DNA from: the human T2T-CHM13v2.0 reference genome, Homo sapiens
DNA length: 64,000 nt
Direction: 5' to 3' (one strand)
NCBI RefSeq assembly: GCF_009914755.1
Contig: NC_060942.1
The notes below the pieces were generated by a model, which saw only the letters and a program-made list of their open reading frames with translations, was not told where the DNA came from and ran no database searches. Shown piece by piece: positions 15,761-28,496 of the stretch. The position numbers and the translations under genes were made by a program. How positions within the stretch are numbered: position 1 is the stretch's first letter; each line of letters begins with the position of its first letter.

Positions 15761-16046
15761 ATATGCATGTGTGTGTATAGATGTAGGGACGGATGTGGAT
15801 ATTAAACATGTCCTCTGTGAGTGAGCATAAATATAGACACATTTACAGTAACTTTTTCAAATAGAAATGTCATGAACCTCTCCTGTAAGCATAGTCTAGT
15901 TTCATCCTCCTATCATTTCCTAGACTCATCAGTTGTGTTCATGTCTATATCCTAAGCAGGGTCGTCTTGCTGGAATAGGAGCTGCCTTCCCACCAAATTA
16001 CAGAATCTCAGTACTTCCCTATCCCATGTCTTTTCAGGAGTTTGCA

Positions 16047-16195
16047 AATGTGTGTAGTGTATGTGGGGTGTGAGTGTGTATGTGAGAGTGCATGATGTGT
16101 GAGGGTATGTGTGGTGTGTGATATGCGAATGTATAAGTATGTGATATATGTGGTGTGTGGATGTGGGTATGGTGTGCATGTGAGTGTATGGAGGG
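16047..16195. repeat. Degenerate (TG)n-rich low-complexity tract
   Basis: Read directly from sequence. Confidence 0.8.
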
Positions 16196-16667
16196 AGTGG
16201 GAGGGGGTGATCCGAATTGTCACCAGCTGATCTGATGTCCCTCCCTGCTCCCACCCTTTTTGGTGCCCTTGTCTTGTCACCCTTTGGCCCCTGTGTCTGG
16301 TGTGGCTCTGCTGATGCCAACCTCTGCTGCCCACAGGTGGCTTCCTTGCCCCTGCCCCAAGCCTCCTGGTGTGTGGGGGTCACTGGCTGGTCTTCCTGGG
16401 GTGCCCATGCAGTGCCACTCTGCTCTTGACTTCTCATATCCGCTGTCCCTGGCCCATGAACTCCCTGCTCCCCTCCCTGGGTGGTCAGTGGTTTTGTTTC
16501 TCTCTCTGGTTAGTCCTGACACTCACTCCTTTCTCTTTCTCACTTTTCCTCCTACAGGATAAGGCTTGTGCTCCTAGTAGTCTGGTTCTTTATTTTATAT
16601 CAAATTCTTCTTCTACATAGCCATCAGCATCTCCTGAGAAGAAGGGAGAAGCCCTGAGTCCATGAGT

Positions 16668-16670
<3 letters not shown>

Positions 16671-16716
<46 letters not shown>
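16671..16716. repeat. (CA)n microsatellite, about 23 units
   Basis: Perfect CA run. Confidence 0.95.
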
Positions 16717-16717
<1 letters not shown>

Positions 16718-17644
16718 TTAACCTGGACCCAATGGGCTCCTGCAATACCGATGCCTTGTCCCTGAGTCTTATCTTTCCTGCCAGCCTTCTGCCTTATCAG
16801 AGGCTTTTCAGGATGCCTCTTGCCTCTCCCTGAAGTCCTCTATTATCAACCCCACTAGTCCAGAAGACACATCTGTGGGTGTCTGATCCTGAATTCTAAA
16901 CAGAGTTCAATTTTTTTCCTATAGAGTTTTTAGGCCTCAAGAAGTTCCGGGCTTATCCCTGTAACTCTGTTTAAGTATTGAGCATGCAGTGAAGGTTGAG
17001 GGTTCACCTGAGCATTCCATGGCTGTCCAGAGCCCAGAGCCTCCTGGCAGGAAGTGCTGCCCAACACCACATCCCTGACTCTTCCAGGGCACATCCAGGA
17101 GACCTTGCTGCAGGTGGTGGAGTTGTGGCTCACGTGTAACTCATAACTGTGTGTCAGTATCCAAGTTGAAATTTGCTTTAAATCAAACTAATCTTTGGAA
17201 AATCACTTTTATTTCAATCTACTGTGAAGTAAGCGTAGTACCATTAATCAGTAAGTCCAACATTTGAACAGATTGTTGTTTCTTATTTGAACAGCAAGTA
17301 AATTAGTTGGTTTCTGTTTAGTAGCTATATTAAAACAATAACAATAATGACACAACTATCTTAAAACTCTAGAATGACATTGAGCATGGTGAGGATCTTG
17401 CACTATAGAAAGCCTATAAATTCATACCTCTCATCTAACACTCATCCTGTGGCATATGCTCAGCAATGGTAGGCTGATTCAATTCTTTCCATTTCAGTTA
17501 AAATAACCCAAATAAGTGTATAGTATAGTGCTGTATCTATGGAAAAGAGATCAGAAGAAAATACATTAGGTGTTTTTTTTTTAATGGCCGCTAGCTCTGG
17601 AGGGTGAGATTATGGGTAATTTTACTTTATTTTTTATTACACTT

Positions 17645-18050
17645 TGTCCTAGTCCATTTTGTATTGGAGTAATGGAATACCTGAGGCTGGGTAATTTTAA
17701 AGAAAACAGATTTATTCGGCTTACTATTCTGCTGGCTGGCAGGTTCAAGACTGGGCATCTGGTGAGGGCCTCAGGCTGCTTCCACTAATGGCAGAAGGCC
17801 AAGAAGAGCTGAGTGTGCAGAGATCACATGGTAGAGAGGAAGCAAGAGAAAGAGGAGAAATAGCAGGTTCTTTTTAACAATTAGCTATTGTGGGAACTAA
17901 TAGAGTCAGAACTCACTTACTCCTGCAAAGGGCATTAATCTATTCATGAGGGATCTGCTCCCATGACCTAACCGCTGCCCACTGGGCACCCCCTCAAACA
18001 TTAGGATCAAATTTCAACATGAGGTTCAATGTAGAGGACAAACATCCAAA
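17645..18050 (-). mobile_element. MaLR solo LTR, MSTB-like, within L1M fragments
   Basis: GAATACCTGAGGCTGGGTAATTT, CATCTGGTGAGGGCCTCAGGCTGCTTCCACT and GGATCAAATTTCAACATGAG blocks. Confidence 0.85.
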
Positions 18051-19591
18051 TGTTTTAAAGCTTTTTTTCTTGACTATAAAAGCAATATAAGACCATTGTA
18101 GATAAACTGGAAAACGGAAATAAGTTTATGGAGGAGACAAAGATTATCCTAGCATCCCTATCACCTAGAGAAAGCAACTGCTAACATTTTGTTATATTTC
18201 ATTTCCATTTTTTCCATGTAGCCAGATATGAACATACAGGTGTTAGACCTGAGTTCACACTGGGTGTTAAGTCATGTATTTTCATTTTGTATTTGTTTTT
18301 TCACTTAACATTGTATGGGGAGCTTTTTTGCTCATCTGTAACTTTCAAAACATCATTTTTAACAAAGGCTAAATGTTACTACCCTATGGCGAGACACGAA
18401 TATTATATCCAGTTTCTTGATATAAATAATGATGCAATGAATAAAGTTGTAAATATTCAACCACATATCAGATTCTTTCCCTGGGATAGATGACAACAGA
18501 TAGGATATGGATTACTTTCATAATTAGAAAAAATATGTAAGTTACATTGAAAAGTATCAAGCATGATGTGGACAAAAAGACCTGCAAAGTATTGGGCTAG
18601 CAGCACCAGGTTTGGGGGAAATAAGTCATCTTTTTCTCATGCCAGACAGTACAGGCCAGGAACAAGCCTGCCTGTGTTCTGTGAAGGAAACCAGTGTCTG
18701 ATACATGTAGGTGGTCTAAGCCATCTTCCTTTTCCTAGGAGCAGGAAGACTGGGAACATCTTTCTTGGTAGCATGGAAGAGAAATATATGCAATAGTTAT
18801 TTCTGACATGGGGAGATTCCTGGGGCAATACTGCTTCTGCCCTTTCACTGAAGGATGTACTCCACTCTCCTTAGAGGGATATGATGGCACAGCAGATAAA
18901 GCATCCCTGAAAAGAGGTCATTTTATAGATGTAGCCTCAAAACAAAGCAGCAGAAAGTAGGATAAGTGTGGCTAGGCTGTCCCAGTCACTGGGTGAGCCT
19001 AGAGAGAAGGACCCCTGAGCACCCACAGAGGGAGTTCACCATCTCACCCTCTAGGTGAGGGTGATAAACTAGTCATGAAAAGAAATCTCTTTCAGACTAC
19101 AATCCATACTGTGCTTTGCATCATTCATGCCAGTTTACTAAAATATGCAGAGAAAATGATTGGTTCAAGCTGGGAGAGAGCGTTGCAGAGGGAAACAAGA
19201 GCCTAGCTTCTCCCTAGAAGCAGCTTGATATTCATCTCAAATTCATTTCATCCCCTGTATCTCAATGTGCTTCTCATTTGAGAAAACAGTTCAAACCACA
19301 TATAAACAAAAACTGAGAAAGAAATAGTGGTGTTTCCTTATTTGAGATTTTTTAAAAATCTAAACAATTCTAGGAAATTATTTGGAAAGATTTTGAGATA
19401 AACTTTAAACTTTTTCTCTGCAGTAAGGTTGAAAGCTACAGGAAAGTATTTTCACTAACAAAGGGTGAAAATAATGTAAGTATTTTTAAAAACCCTTGAA
19501 ATAAAACAACAATTAATCTCTATGGAGTACTACATCCAATAAATGACATGAATGTATGTGTGTTTAGATAATTCTATTTTAATAAGCAGTT

Positions 19592-19713
19592 GCATATATA
19601 TATATATATATATATAGCATATATATATATAGCATATATATATATATATAGCATATATATATATAGCATATATATATATATATAGCATATATATATATAT
19701 ATATATATATATA

Positions 19714-19755
<42 letters not shown>

Positions 19756-19756
19756 C
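19592..19756. repeat. Interrupted (TA)n repeat with recurring GC interruptions
   Basis: About 165 bp of GCA(TA)n units of variable length. Confidence 0.95.
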
Positions 19757-20405
19757 TTTCTGTTTTAGGCTAGCTTCTTTCCCTGTAAAAACAGAGACAG
19801 TAAACCTTAGTAGGCTACATAATAAATTATAATAATGGACATGATAGCTCTTGTGAATAGTGGCTTTTCTCTGAACACAGTGACAGACAACCAAGTCGTT
19901 GCAATCTCTCTCTGCACAGCTAAATTAAGAGACTCCATCATCGATCATGTTGAATTTGTTAAAAGGCTTTTTATGTCACTCTGGTACAGCACTAGCCTAT
20001 TATAGTTACTGTCATGCTCCTCATTTTGTTAAGAAACCAGCTGTTCTTAGAAGAAAGCAAAGTTGCATTTGATGTGAAAGAAATGAGTTCGTCAGGCTGG
20101 TTGTGAGAAAGGAATCATATTGGAAGATATAAAAGTTGGTAGAGGGTGAAACTTAAAATATCTCCAGGGTGAGGAAAATGAGTGTCAAATAAGAAACAAC
20201 AAAAAAAACAATTATTCACATTAATATCCTATTAATATAAATTACTGACATTTGTATTTTTTAGAGGACATCATAAACTGTTCAATCATTTATATTTGAT
20301 TTTCAAAATAATACCATGAGTGAGGAATTTATCACCTGTGTTCCTCACCTGACAAAACTAAAGAGAAGAAGGGTTAATTAACTTGTTTAAAGTCACCAGG
20401 CTTTA

Positions 20406-20720
20406 GGCCAGGTGCAGTGGCTGATGCCTGTAATCCCAGCATTTTGGGAGGCTGAGGCAGGCTGATCACTTGATGTTAGGAGTTCAAGACCAGCCTGGCC
20501 AAAAAGGTGAAATTCCGTCTCTACTAAAAATACAAAAATTAGCCAGGTGTGGTGGCACGTGCCTGTAATCCCAGCTACTCAGGAGGGTGAGGCAGGAGAA
20601 TCACTTGAACCTGGGAGGCAGTGGTTGCAGTGAGCCGAGATTGCACCACTGCGCTCCAGCCTGGGTGACAGAGAGCAACTCTGTCTCAACAAAAAAAATT
20701 AAAAGTAAAGTAAAATAAAG
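20406..20720 (+). mobile_element. Alu (AluS-type) inserted in a MIR
   Basis: Dimeric Alu; TSD-like AAAGTCACCAGGCT / AAAGTCACCAAGCT. Confidence 0.95.
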
Positions 20721-21429
20721 TCACCAAGCTAGTCAGTGTCATCATTGGAACCCGGCCATCTGCTTCTCAATCTGTAGCTCTGGTTGCATAAATAGGTCTC
20801 TACCTTCTTCTCATATTTGTATTTATGCATATCTGTAAATTTATACCCACAATAAGTTCAATTCAAAGAATATTTATTGACCTCTTAATAAACCTTCGAA
20901 TTATGGTTTTGATTCTGTATCTCCTAAACTCATTTTTCCCAAAATACTTCAATATCATTATTTCTATATTCTTAGCAAAATGTATTAAACAAGTGGTCAA
21001 AATTCTATTATTTTCATTTATTGGCTGAAGAAGTGGAAGGGTTAAATGACATTCCTAAAATCAAATGAGCTAAAAGATGGCACAGAGCTGTGGAGAGTTC
21101 AGATTTCCTGACATCATCCTGACACCTTCACAATTTGTCACAGGTTTGTGGGTAAGGCTGAGAAAATCATGTACCACCAACATTTTTTTCCTCATGGAGT
21201 CCAAATAATCTATGACAATCTGTCACTTGGTCTTATGTTAAAGTCTGTGTTTTCGTGAATCCACCGTTAGTTTCTAATGTTCATCTGTTTGTGATCATGT
21301 CACTTCTACTTCCATTATAACAGCAGTCTGGCCCATCAAGGGGCTGAGATGAGCATAGTTTAATGCTTGTAGATGGGCTAAGTCTAGAACTTCACTCCTG
21401 GTGGCATTGTCCTGCCTCTCCATGCTAAC

Positions 21430-21635
21430 TACCTTTTAGCGCATGTACTGAGTGCCAGGCACTATGCTAAATGCATTATATGCATCTCTGTATTTAATCC
21501 TTATGATACGATCATTATAATCCTACTAAATAGGTTGAAATTAATTTGCCCAATTGTAAGTTGGGAAGTGAGAAGACCAGGATCCATACCCAGGCAGTTT
21601 GACTCCCAAGTCCTGATACTTAACCATCATGCCAC
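21430..21635 (-). mobile_element. MIR fragment
   Basis: GTGCCAGGCACTATGCTAAATGC...CCCAGGCAGTTTGACTCC...CTTAACCA. Confidence 0.7.
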
Positions 21636-22558
21636 TTGCCTTAAGTCTCTACCTTGGAGCCATGTCAATCTCTAAATAAGAATACTGCTTCCTGTTCTGG
21701 TGCACCTTTCTCACCTTTCTCACTCCCTCTCAATTCAGTTTTCTTCTTCTGCATCAATCATTACTTGATGATGTTTAACCTAAGAGGCAGAACCCAATGA
21801 CAATTCTCATTTTTTAAGAAACCTCATGGACTTGGTACAGTATTTCTCTTGTGTAAACTGGTATTTGATCTCAAGCTTTTCAAAGCTCACCATCAGTCCC
21901 AGATGCTGTGCTGACTCTGCAGTGTATGATAAATTGCCTGCTCTTTCAGCTTCTGTGCTTTAAGAACACAGTCATCTGTCTACATTCGACAATTTCTGTG
22001 TCATTGTCAATGGTGTCTGAAATGTTTGTAATATGATGAGGTAAAAGAGTCCCCCAGATGTCAAAATATGTATTGTGACATAGCTTTCTAAATTCCTTAC
22101 TGCATTCTCATATACAACTGCACAGAAAAAGTTGAACAGGACTGAACATAACACATAGTCTGACATCACTCAATTCTTGGTGGGCATGGAGAACTGGTAA
22201 ACTTTTGAGAGTCTCCAAACTTACTGAAAAGTTGCCAAGTGCTTTTTATGAGATTCTGGAATGCACTTTAGAGATTCTCCTGCTATTCCCTTCACATTTC
22301 CTGTGCATTAAAGCTAGGTGCATTGTACTGTGCCTTGATATTAAACACAAGCATATGCTTTTGAATAGCTGACCCTGGAATTTCTAACTAGGATTTGCTT
22401 TTTTGATGTGAAGGTTATTGTTTGATATGGTTATTATTTTGTTTAATGTGAGATACTTAGCACTGATTAGCACTACAAGTGGCCATGGGTACATGAAAAG
22501 GTGAATTTCAACAAATGTAAATGTCACTCTGGGGAGTAATTGCACATATTTAAATATA

Positions 22559-22747
22559 CAGACCATCCCCGACTTAACGATGAGTTGACTTACAATTTTT
22601 CAACTTTACAATGGTGCAAAGGCAATACACATTCAGCACACTCCACTACTTAGGATGCAGCAATGTCTGCTCTTTTCAACTTATGATATTTTCCATTTAT
22701 GATGAGTTTATCTGGAAGTAACTCCATCATACTTCAAGAGGCACTTG
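22559..22747. mobile_element. TcMar-Tigger MITE (Tigger3/MER47-like internal-deletion derivative)
   Basis: CAGACCATCCCCGACTTAACGATG left end; ...AACTCCATCATACTTCAAGAGGCACTTG right end; TA on both sides. Confidence 0.75.
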
Positions 22748-23369
22748 TATACACACCTGTCAAATAGCCCTGTTTACACAAAATCATCAGACTTAACAAT
22801 AGAAGGATCAGAACTATAATTTGTTATTTCCTAATCGTTCTGAACTTAGTATGGTTTGCTGAAAGTACCCTTCTTTGCCATCAAAAGTTATATAAAAAAA
22901 TCTTAACAGGCAATCTAGACTGAACATTTGAAAGCCAAGTTGTAAGAAAGGCTTCTTTTTAAATTAGATGGTACAGAGATGTATAGATAATATTAGAAAA
23001 TGTCAAGGGTGGAGGTAGAAAGGCTATCAGAGTTGTCTGGAATTTGTGACACAGCACTTTTTGCTCTGAGAGTTATTAAAGGTTTCCACTGCCTTTTCAA
23101 CTCAAGTTCCCAGAACCTACTGGTCAACTCTACCCTGATTAGCTCCTTTGAATTTACAGCTCTTTCTTTGGCCTGTCATCAGATCCTCGTGGGATGGATC
23201 CGCTGGGCTCAGGCCCCTTTCCCTGTAATGGAGGGAGATTTGCCAAGTGTTCTAGCTTGGGCTTGGGATAGAAATGATGTATAAATCTTGAGCTGGGCCC
23301 TTTAATTCCCTCCCATGTGCAGTGTGTAGGGGCATTCTGTTTCACATCACCACTGTGACTGGAGTGTCC

Positions 23370-24400
23370 GGGAGCCGTGAAAAGAGTGCTGTCTCATCCA
23401 CGCTGAGAAAAGTCCCTAAGTGCAGACAGGAATCTTTCCTGCGGGGCCACAGACTGCTATGTCTGAGATGCTGACAACCAGTGGGCACCGGCTGCCCCCA
23501 AGCTATTCCCAGGGCTTGGCTGGCAGCAGCTGAACTCAGTACAGTGTTGACATTCCGCTCCTCCGTACGTGGTTCTTGTCCAACTCAGCAGCGGCTCATG
23601 CGTCTCCCTCATCCCAATCCCGGCCCCATAGGTGGGAAGTCGGGCTCAATTCTCTTTCAAACTATTGTTTATACACGCTTGTATAAACATGCTCTGCTCC
23701 TTAGAGTATTTGCTTCTAATCTTAAAACACATTTTCTCCCCCTAAAAGCAGAAACAAAGCAAAAATATACTCCCGGTTGTTATCAATCCAATCTTATCAG
23801 CACTAAACAGAACCTGACTTCTGGAATCCACTCCCAGGAGAGGGTGCCCCGCCCCTGCCTGAGGATGCCCCGCCCCTGGCTTCTGCGCAGCCGCACTTGC
23901 AGCCACCCTGGGCAGGCAGTGGAAGGTGGGGCCGCGCTGCCTCTGGTGCGCAGAGGCAGAGGCCGCCATTGACCACCGAATCGGCTTGGCTAGAACTCAA
24001 AGCCTTGTGCCTGGCTGTCAGTCCCTACCGCACCACGTTGACACAGACTGTGTGGCTTTCAGTGTACCTTTCCACGTATTTTCCTGTCCAGTCAGATGAG
24101 GAGAGGGAACAGTCTGAGAGAACCACGAAACTGCCAAACCCAGTGGGCCCGAATATTCCTTCAAGATTTCAAGAAAGCCGACCTTGAGGACGGCCACGGG
24201 GCCAACTGCAGTATGGACAAGTCGTTCTTGTAGTTGCACAGATGGCCATTGACAAAAACAGCCCTGCTTGGGTGACTCCTGAGCCCTGATACCCGAATGA
24301 GTATGATCAAGCGGTGATGGACCTGGATCCGGCTGTGGGAGTGTCCTGATGAGCCCTGGGCCAGCGGAGGTAAGCCCCAGGCTGGCGGTCACTCCTGGGC
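23370..24400 (+). promoter_or_regulatory. CpG-enriched promoter-like region
   Basis: Visibly higher GC and CpG than the rest of the unique sequence; two GC boxes (CCCCGCCCC at 23847 and 23868); CCAAT 23788; GATA-type TTATCA 23780 and 23794; forkhead-type TGTTTAT and TATTTGCT; downstream GAG|GTAAGC donor at 24369/24370. Confidence 0.6.
23900..24369 (+). other. Candidate first exon of a spliced, probably non-coding transcript (start position is a guess)
   Basis: Lies between the GC boxes and a near-consensus donor GAG|GTAAGC; no transcript evidence available. Confidence 0.35.
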
Positions 24401-24817
24401 ACTGGATTTGAAGCTCAGGGCCTGCTTACCCCTGCCACCAGACATCCACTGCGTTTTCTCCCCCATTTGTACCATTCCTTCCAAGAGAGTTAACAGAGTT
24501 CCAGGTCCCTCTCATAAAAACGACTGGGAATCGTGTCCAGAGATGTAGGCTGGGCGGAGGCTGGAGACCTTGGATATAAGTGAGGCTGAGGATCTGAGAT
24601 GCAGACCAGGCATGAGTCAACTGAGGTTTTCAAGCAAGATCAGCGTCAGTGCAGAGGTACAGCTGTCTCCGTTTGGAGATTGGGGAGAAAATCCCAACGT
24701 TTTAGTACAAAGGGAGCTTCCTATCCATACGGTGGAATAGCTAGATATTAGGAAAGGAGAATCGAATCTGCTGTTCATTGTCCCAGTTTTCAAAACCCTT
24801 GTGGTGACCATTTAGGA

Positions 24818-25564
<747 letters not shown>

Positions 25565-25879
25565 GATTAGGAAGTTCAGAGGAGTGAGCCAACCACCACA
25601 ACAAAGCAAGTCAAGGTGCTTGAATTTGGCTCCTGCCTTGTAGCATACACTGGAGGTGAAGGTTTTTTGATGAATCATTCTTTTGATAATATTTTTGTAG
25701 GAAAACTTGAAGCAGTTTCATCAAGAATTATGTTTCCATGATATAAATGCTCCCTAAGTCTTCTCCTGGTGTAAGAATTTAGGATGAGAGGCTAGTATTC
25801 AGTCTTTGGCTTCATAATGTTCTGATAAGGAAGGAGTAATTTATCCCACAAAAGTCACTGTTTCTTTATCTATTCATTT

Positions 25880-26830
25880 TTGGGGGCATTATAAATTCAA
25901 TGAAGTGAAATTCTCCTGATTTCCCTCAACCTCCTTGATTGTTCTTTTTCAGTCTTCTTTACTGGCTTCACCTCTGCCTAAATGTCCAGAGGAGAGTAGG
26001 AAGGAGGAACTTCCATCCATGGTAGTTTGAATGGGCTATGCAAGGTCTCAAAGTATTACAAATAGCCGTCTTTCCTGCTGGATGATGGTCTGCTTTCTGG
26101 GTTGCAATGGGGAAGATTGATGACTTCTCAGTGCAGGAGAACTTGCAGTGTCCTGAGCCCTCTTCTGTATGCTGTCTCCCTAGATGATTTCATCCAATCC
26201 CATGGCTTTCAGTGTTTTTATCCTCAAAACACATTATCTACCACCATTGCTTCTAAATTGAGTTCTGGGCTGAAATTTTAACTGCCTACATGATGTCTCT
26301 ACTTTTATATCCTGGAGACAACTCAAATTTAACAAAGCCAAAACTGAACTATCTTTCTCCTTAGTGTATATACTCAAATGTGTTTCTTCTTCATTTTTCC
26401 CAAGTTAGAAATTTGCATCATAGTCTTCTAAGTTGCTCAGACTATAATTCTGGAAGTCATTCTTGAGACCAACTCATCTTGACCTCTTATACTCTAGTCT
26501 GCAATCTAGTTCTGTTGATTTTAATTTCAAATTGTATCTCTACTACTTTAGCTTTTTTCATTACCTCAGTCCAACTTTACCATCATCTTGTGACTGGACT
26601 ACCACCAGCATCCTTCCTAACTATTCTCCTTATATCCACATACACCATGTTCCCCCTCCAATCTGTCTCCAACAAATTTTTTTAAATCAGAAATACAAAT
26701 ACATCACTCTCCTTTCTATAGTTTTTCCCTGGCCTATCAATGTTCTTAGGATAAAGGTCAAAGTTCTTACCATAGTTCAAAGATACTGGCCCCAGTCTAC
26801 TTCTCCAGCCTCTTCTTACACCTCTCTCCC
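25880..26830 (+). mobile_element. L2 fragment
   Basis: L2-typical blocks (CAATCCCATGGCTTT; CTGCCTACATGATGTCTC; CAACTCAAATTTAACAAAGCCAAAACTGAACT). Confidence 0.6.
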
Positions 26831-26864
26831 CATCACTGTCTGTGAAACCACCCACAGGGGTTTT

Positions 26865-28350
26865 CGTTCATTCAGTGGCCAATATTTATGTATTGAACAT
26901 GCACATTGTGCCAGGCACTGAGGATACATACAGTGAGTGGTAAACAAGGCCAAGGAGCCTATTCTTATGGAAATTATATTCTAGAGTAGGGAATTAGGTG
27001 ACAAGCAATGATATCCATAAATGTCCAAGATAATTTCATATAGTTAAAGTGCTATGAAGAAAATAAAACAATGTGATAGAAAGCCAGTAGTAGGCTATTT
27101 TTAATTGGGTGGTCAGAGAAGACCATGCTCTGAAGCTGAGATCAGAGTGACAGGAAGGAGCCAGGTCAGCCATGTTAACATATGGGAACAGAGCATTCCA
27201 GGGTAGTGGTGACAACAAAGATAAAAACTCCAAGGCAGATACTGATTCATGAAATAGACCAGTGGGACTTGTCTTAGTATTAGTTTTCAATTGCTGCTGT
27301 AATAAATTACCACAAAATTTTGGCTTAAAACAACACAGATTTACTGTCTTTCATTTCTGGGTCGGAAGTCTGAAATGGTCTCACTGGACTAAAACCAAGG
27401 TATTCGTTTCTGGAGACTTTAGGGGAGAATCTGTTTCCTTGCCCTTTCTGGCTTCCAGAGGCTGCCCCCAATCATTGGCTCATGGCCCTCCATCTCCATC
27501 TTCAAAGCAAGTGGCGTGGGTTGATGCTCACACCACATCGCTTTGACGGCCTTGCTTCTATCATCATGTCTTCTCTGACTCTGACTCTTCTGCCTCCCTA
27601 TTCAATTTTCAGAACCCTTCTAATTACATTGGACTGCCCAGATAGTCCAGGATAATCCCCCCATTTTAAGGTCAGTGATTAGTAACCTTGATTTCATCTG
27701 CAACCTCAATTCTTCTTAGCCATGTAAGATAACATATTCACAGTTTCCAGGGATTAGGATGTGGATATTTTGGTGGGGGAGGGGGGAAAGAGGCATTATT
27801 CTGCCTACCACAGGTAGAAAAATATGAACGGAGATGATGTCAAAGAGGTGAGCTTGGACCAAGTTATGAAAGGCTTGTAGGCCATATTAAGGAGTTTGAA
27901 TTTTATTTCATCTAAAAGGAAAAGCTGTTGAAGGGTTTTAAGCAGGGTAGTTAAGTGATCTGAATTGCATTTTGAAAGGAACGTTCTGTTTTCCATATGG
28001 AACTGGATTTAAGAGGGAAAAAGTGGCAACAGGGATTCTGGTTAGGAAATGTGTGAACTTCTCTGGGCTTGATTAGTTGGATTAGGGTGGTAGCAATAAA
28101 GGTGGAGAGAAGGGAATGATTATAGCATATATTTTGGAGATAGAAACTTGCTAATATCTTTATATGGATGTATAATAAAGGGAAGGGAAAAATGAAGGAT
28201 AAGTACTTCATTTATTGAAATGGAGAACCTGGAAGATGACCAAATTTGAAGTGATAGAAATCAATTTTTTTCTCCCACTGTGAAAGGCACCTTTGGTGTT
28301 CAAATGGAGATGTCAATATGGCAATTATATGCATAAGTCTGCATCTCAGA
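26865..28350 (-). mobile_element. L2 3' region split by an MLT1D LTR
   Basis: TGTGCCAGGCACTGAGGATACA; AAGTGCTATGAAGAAAATAAA; GTAGGCCATATTAAGGAGTTTGAATTTTATT. Confidence 0.7.
27277..27812 (-). mobile_element. MaLR solo LTR, MLT1D-like
   Basis: ATTAGTTTTCAATTGCTGCTGTAATAAATTACCACAAA...CATTATTCTGCCTACCACA. Confidence 0.85.
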
Positions 28351-28496
28351 ACTGGTTAGGTCCTTTGCTATTTTATTTCTTCTGTAGTTCATTGTTTACA
28401 TATGATACTTGGCAGCCATTCATGAAATAATATAAAGTTCTATCAGGACCAGCTTGAACAGCTATTAAACATTTTGTCCTGAAAAACAATTCAGAA

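Noticed and set aside
15952-16437. 161-aa His/Thr-rich minus-strand ORF
   Set aside because: Produced by the degenerate TG/CA low-complexity tract
19044-19064. 8-bp inverted repeat TCACCCTC-taggt-GAGGGTGA
   Set aside because: Short enough to occur by chance in 64 kb, with no supporting context
19574-19894. 106-aa Tyr/Ile-repeat ORF
   Set aside because: Translation of the (TA)n tract
23481-23972. 163-aa ORF across the promoter-like island
   Set aside because: GTG start, no recognisable domain, and long ORFs are expected in GC-rich sequence
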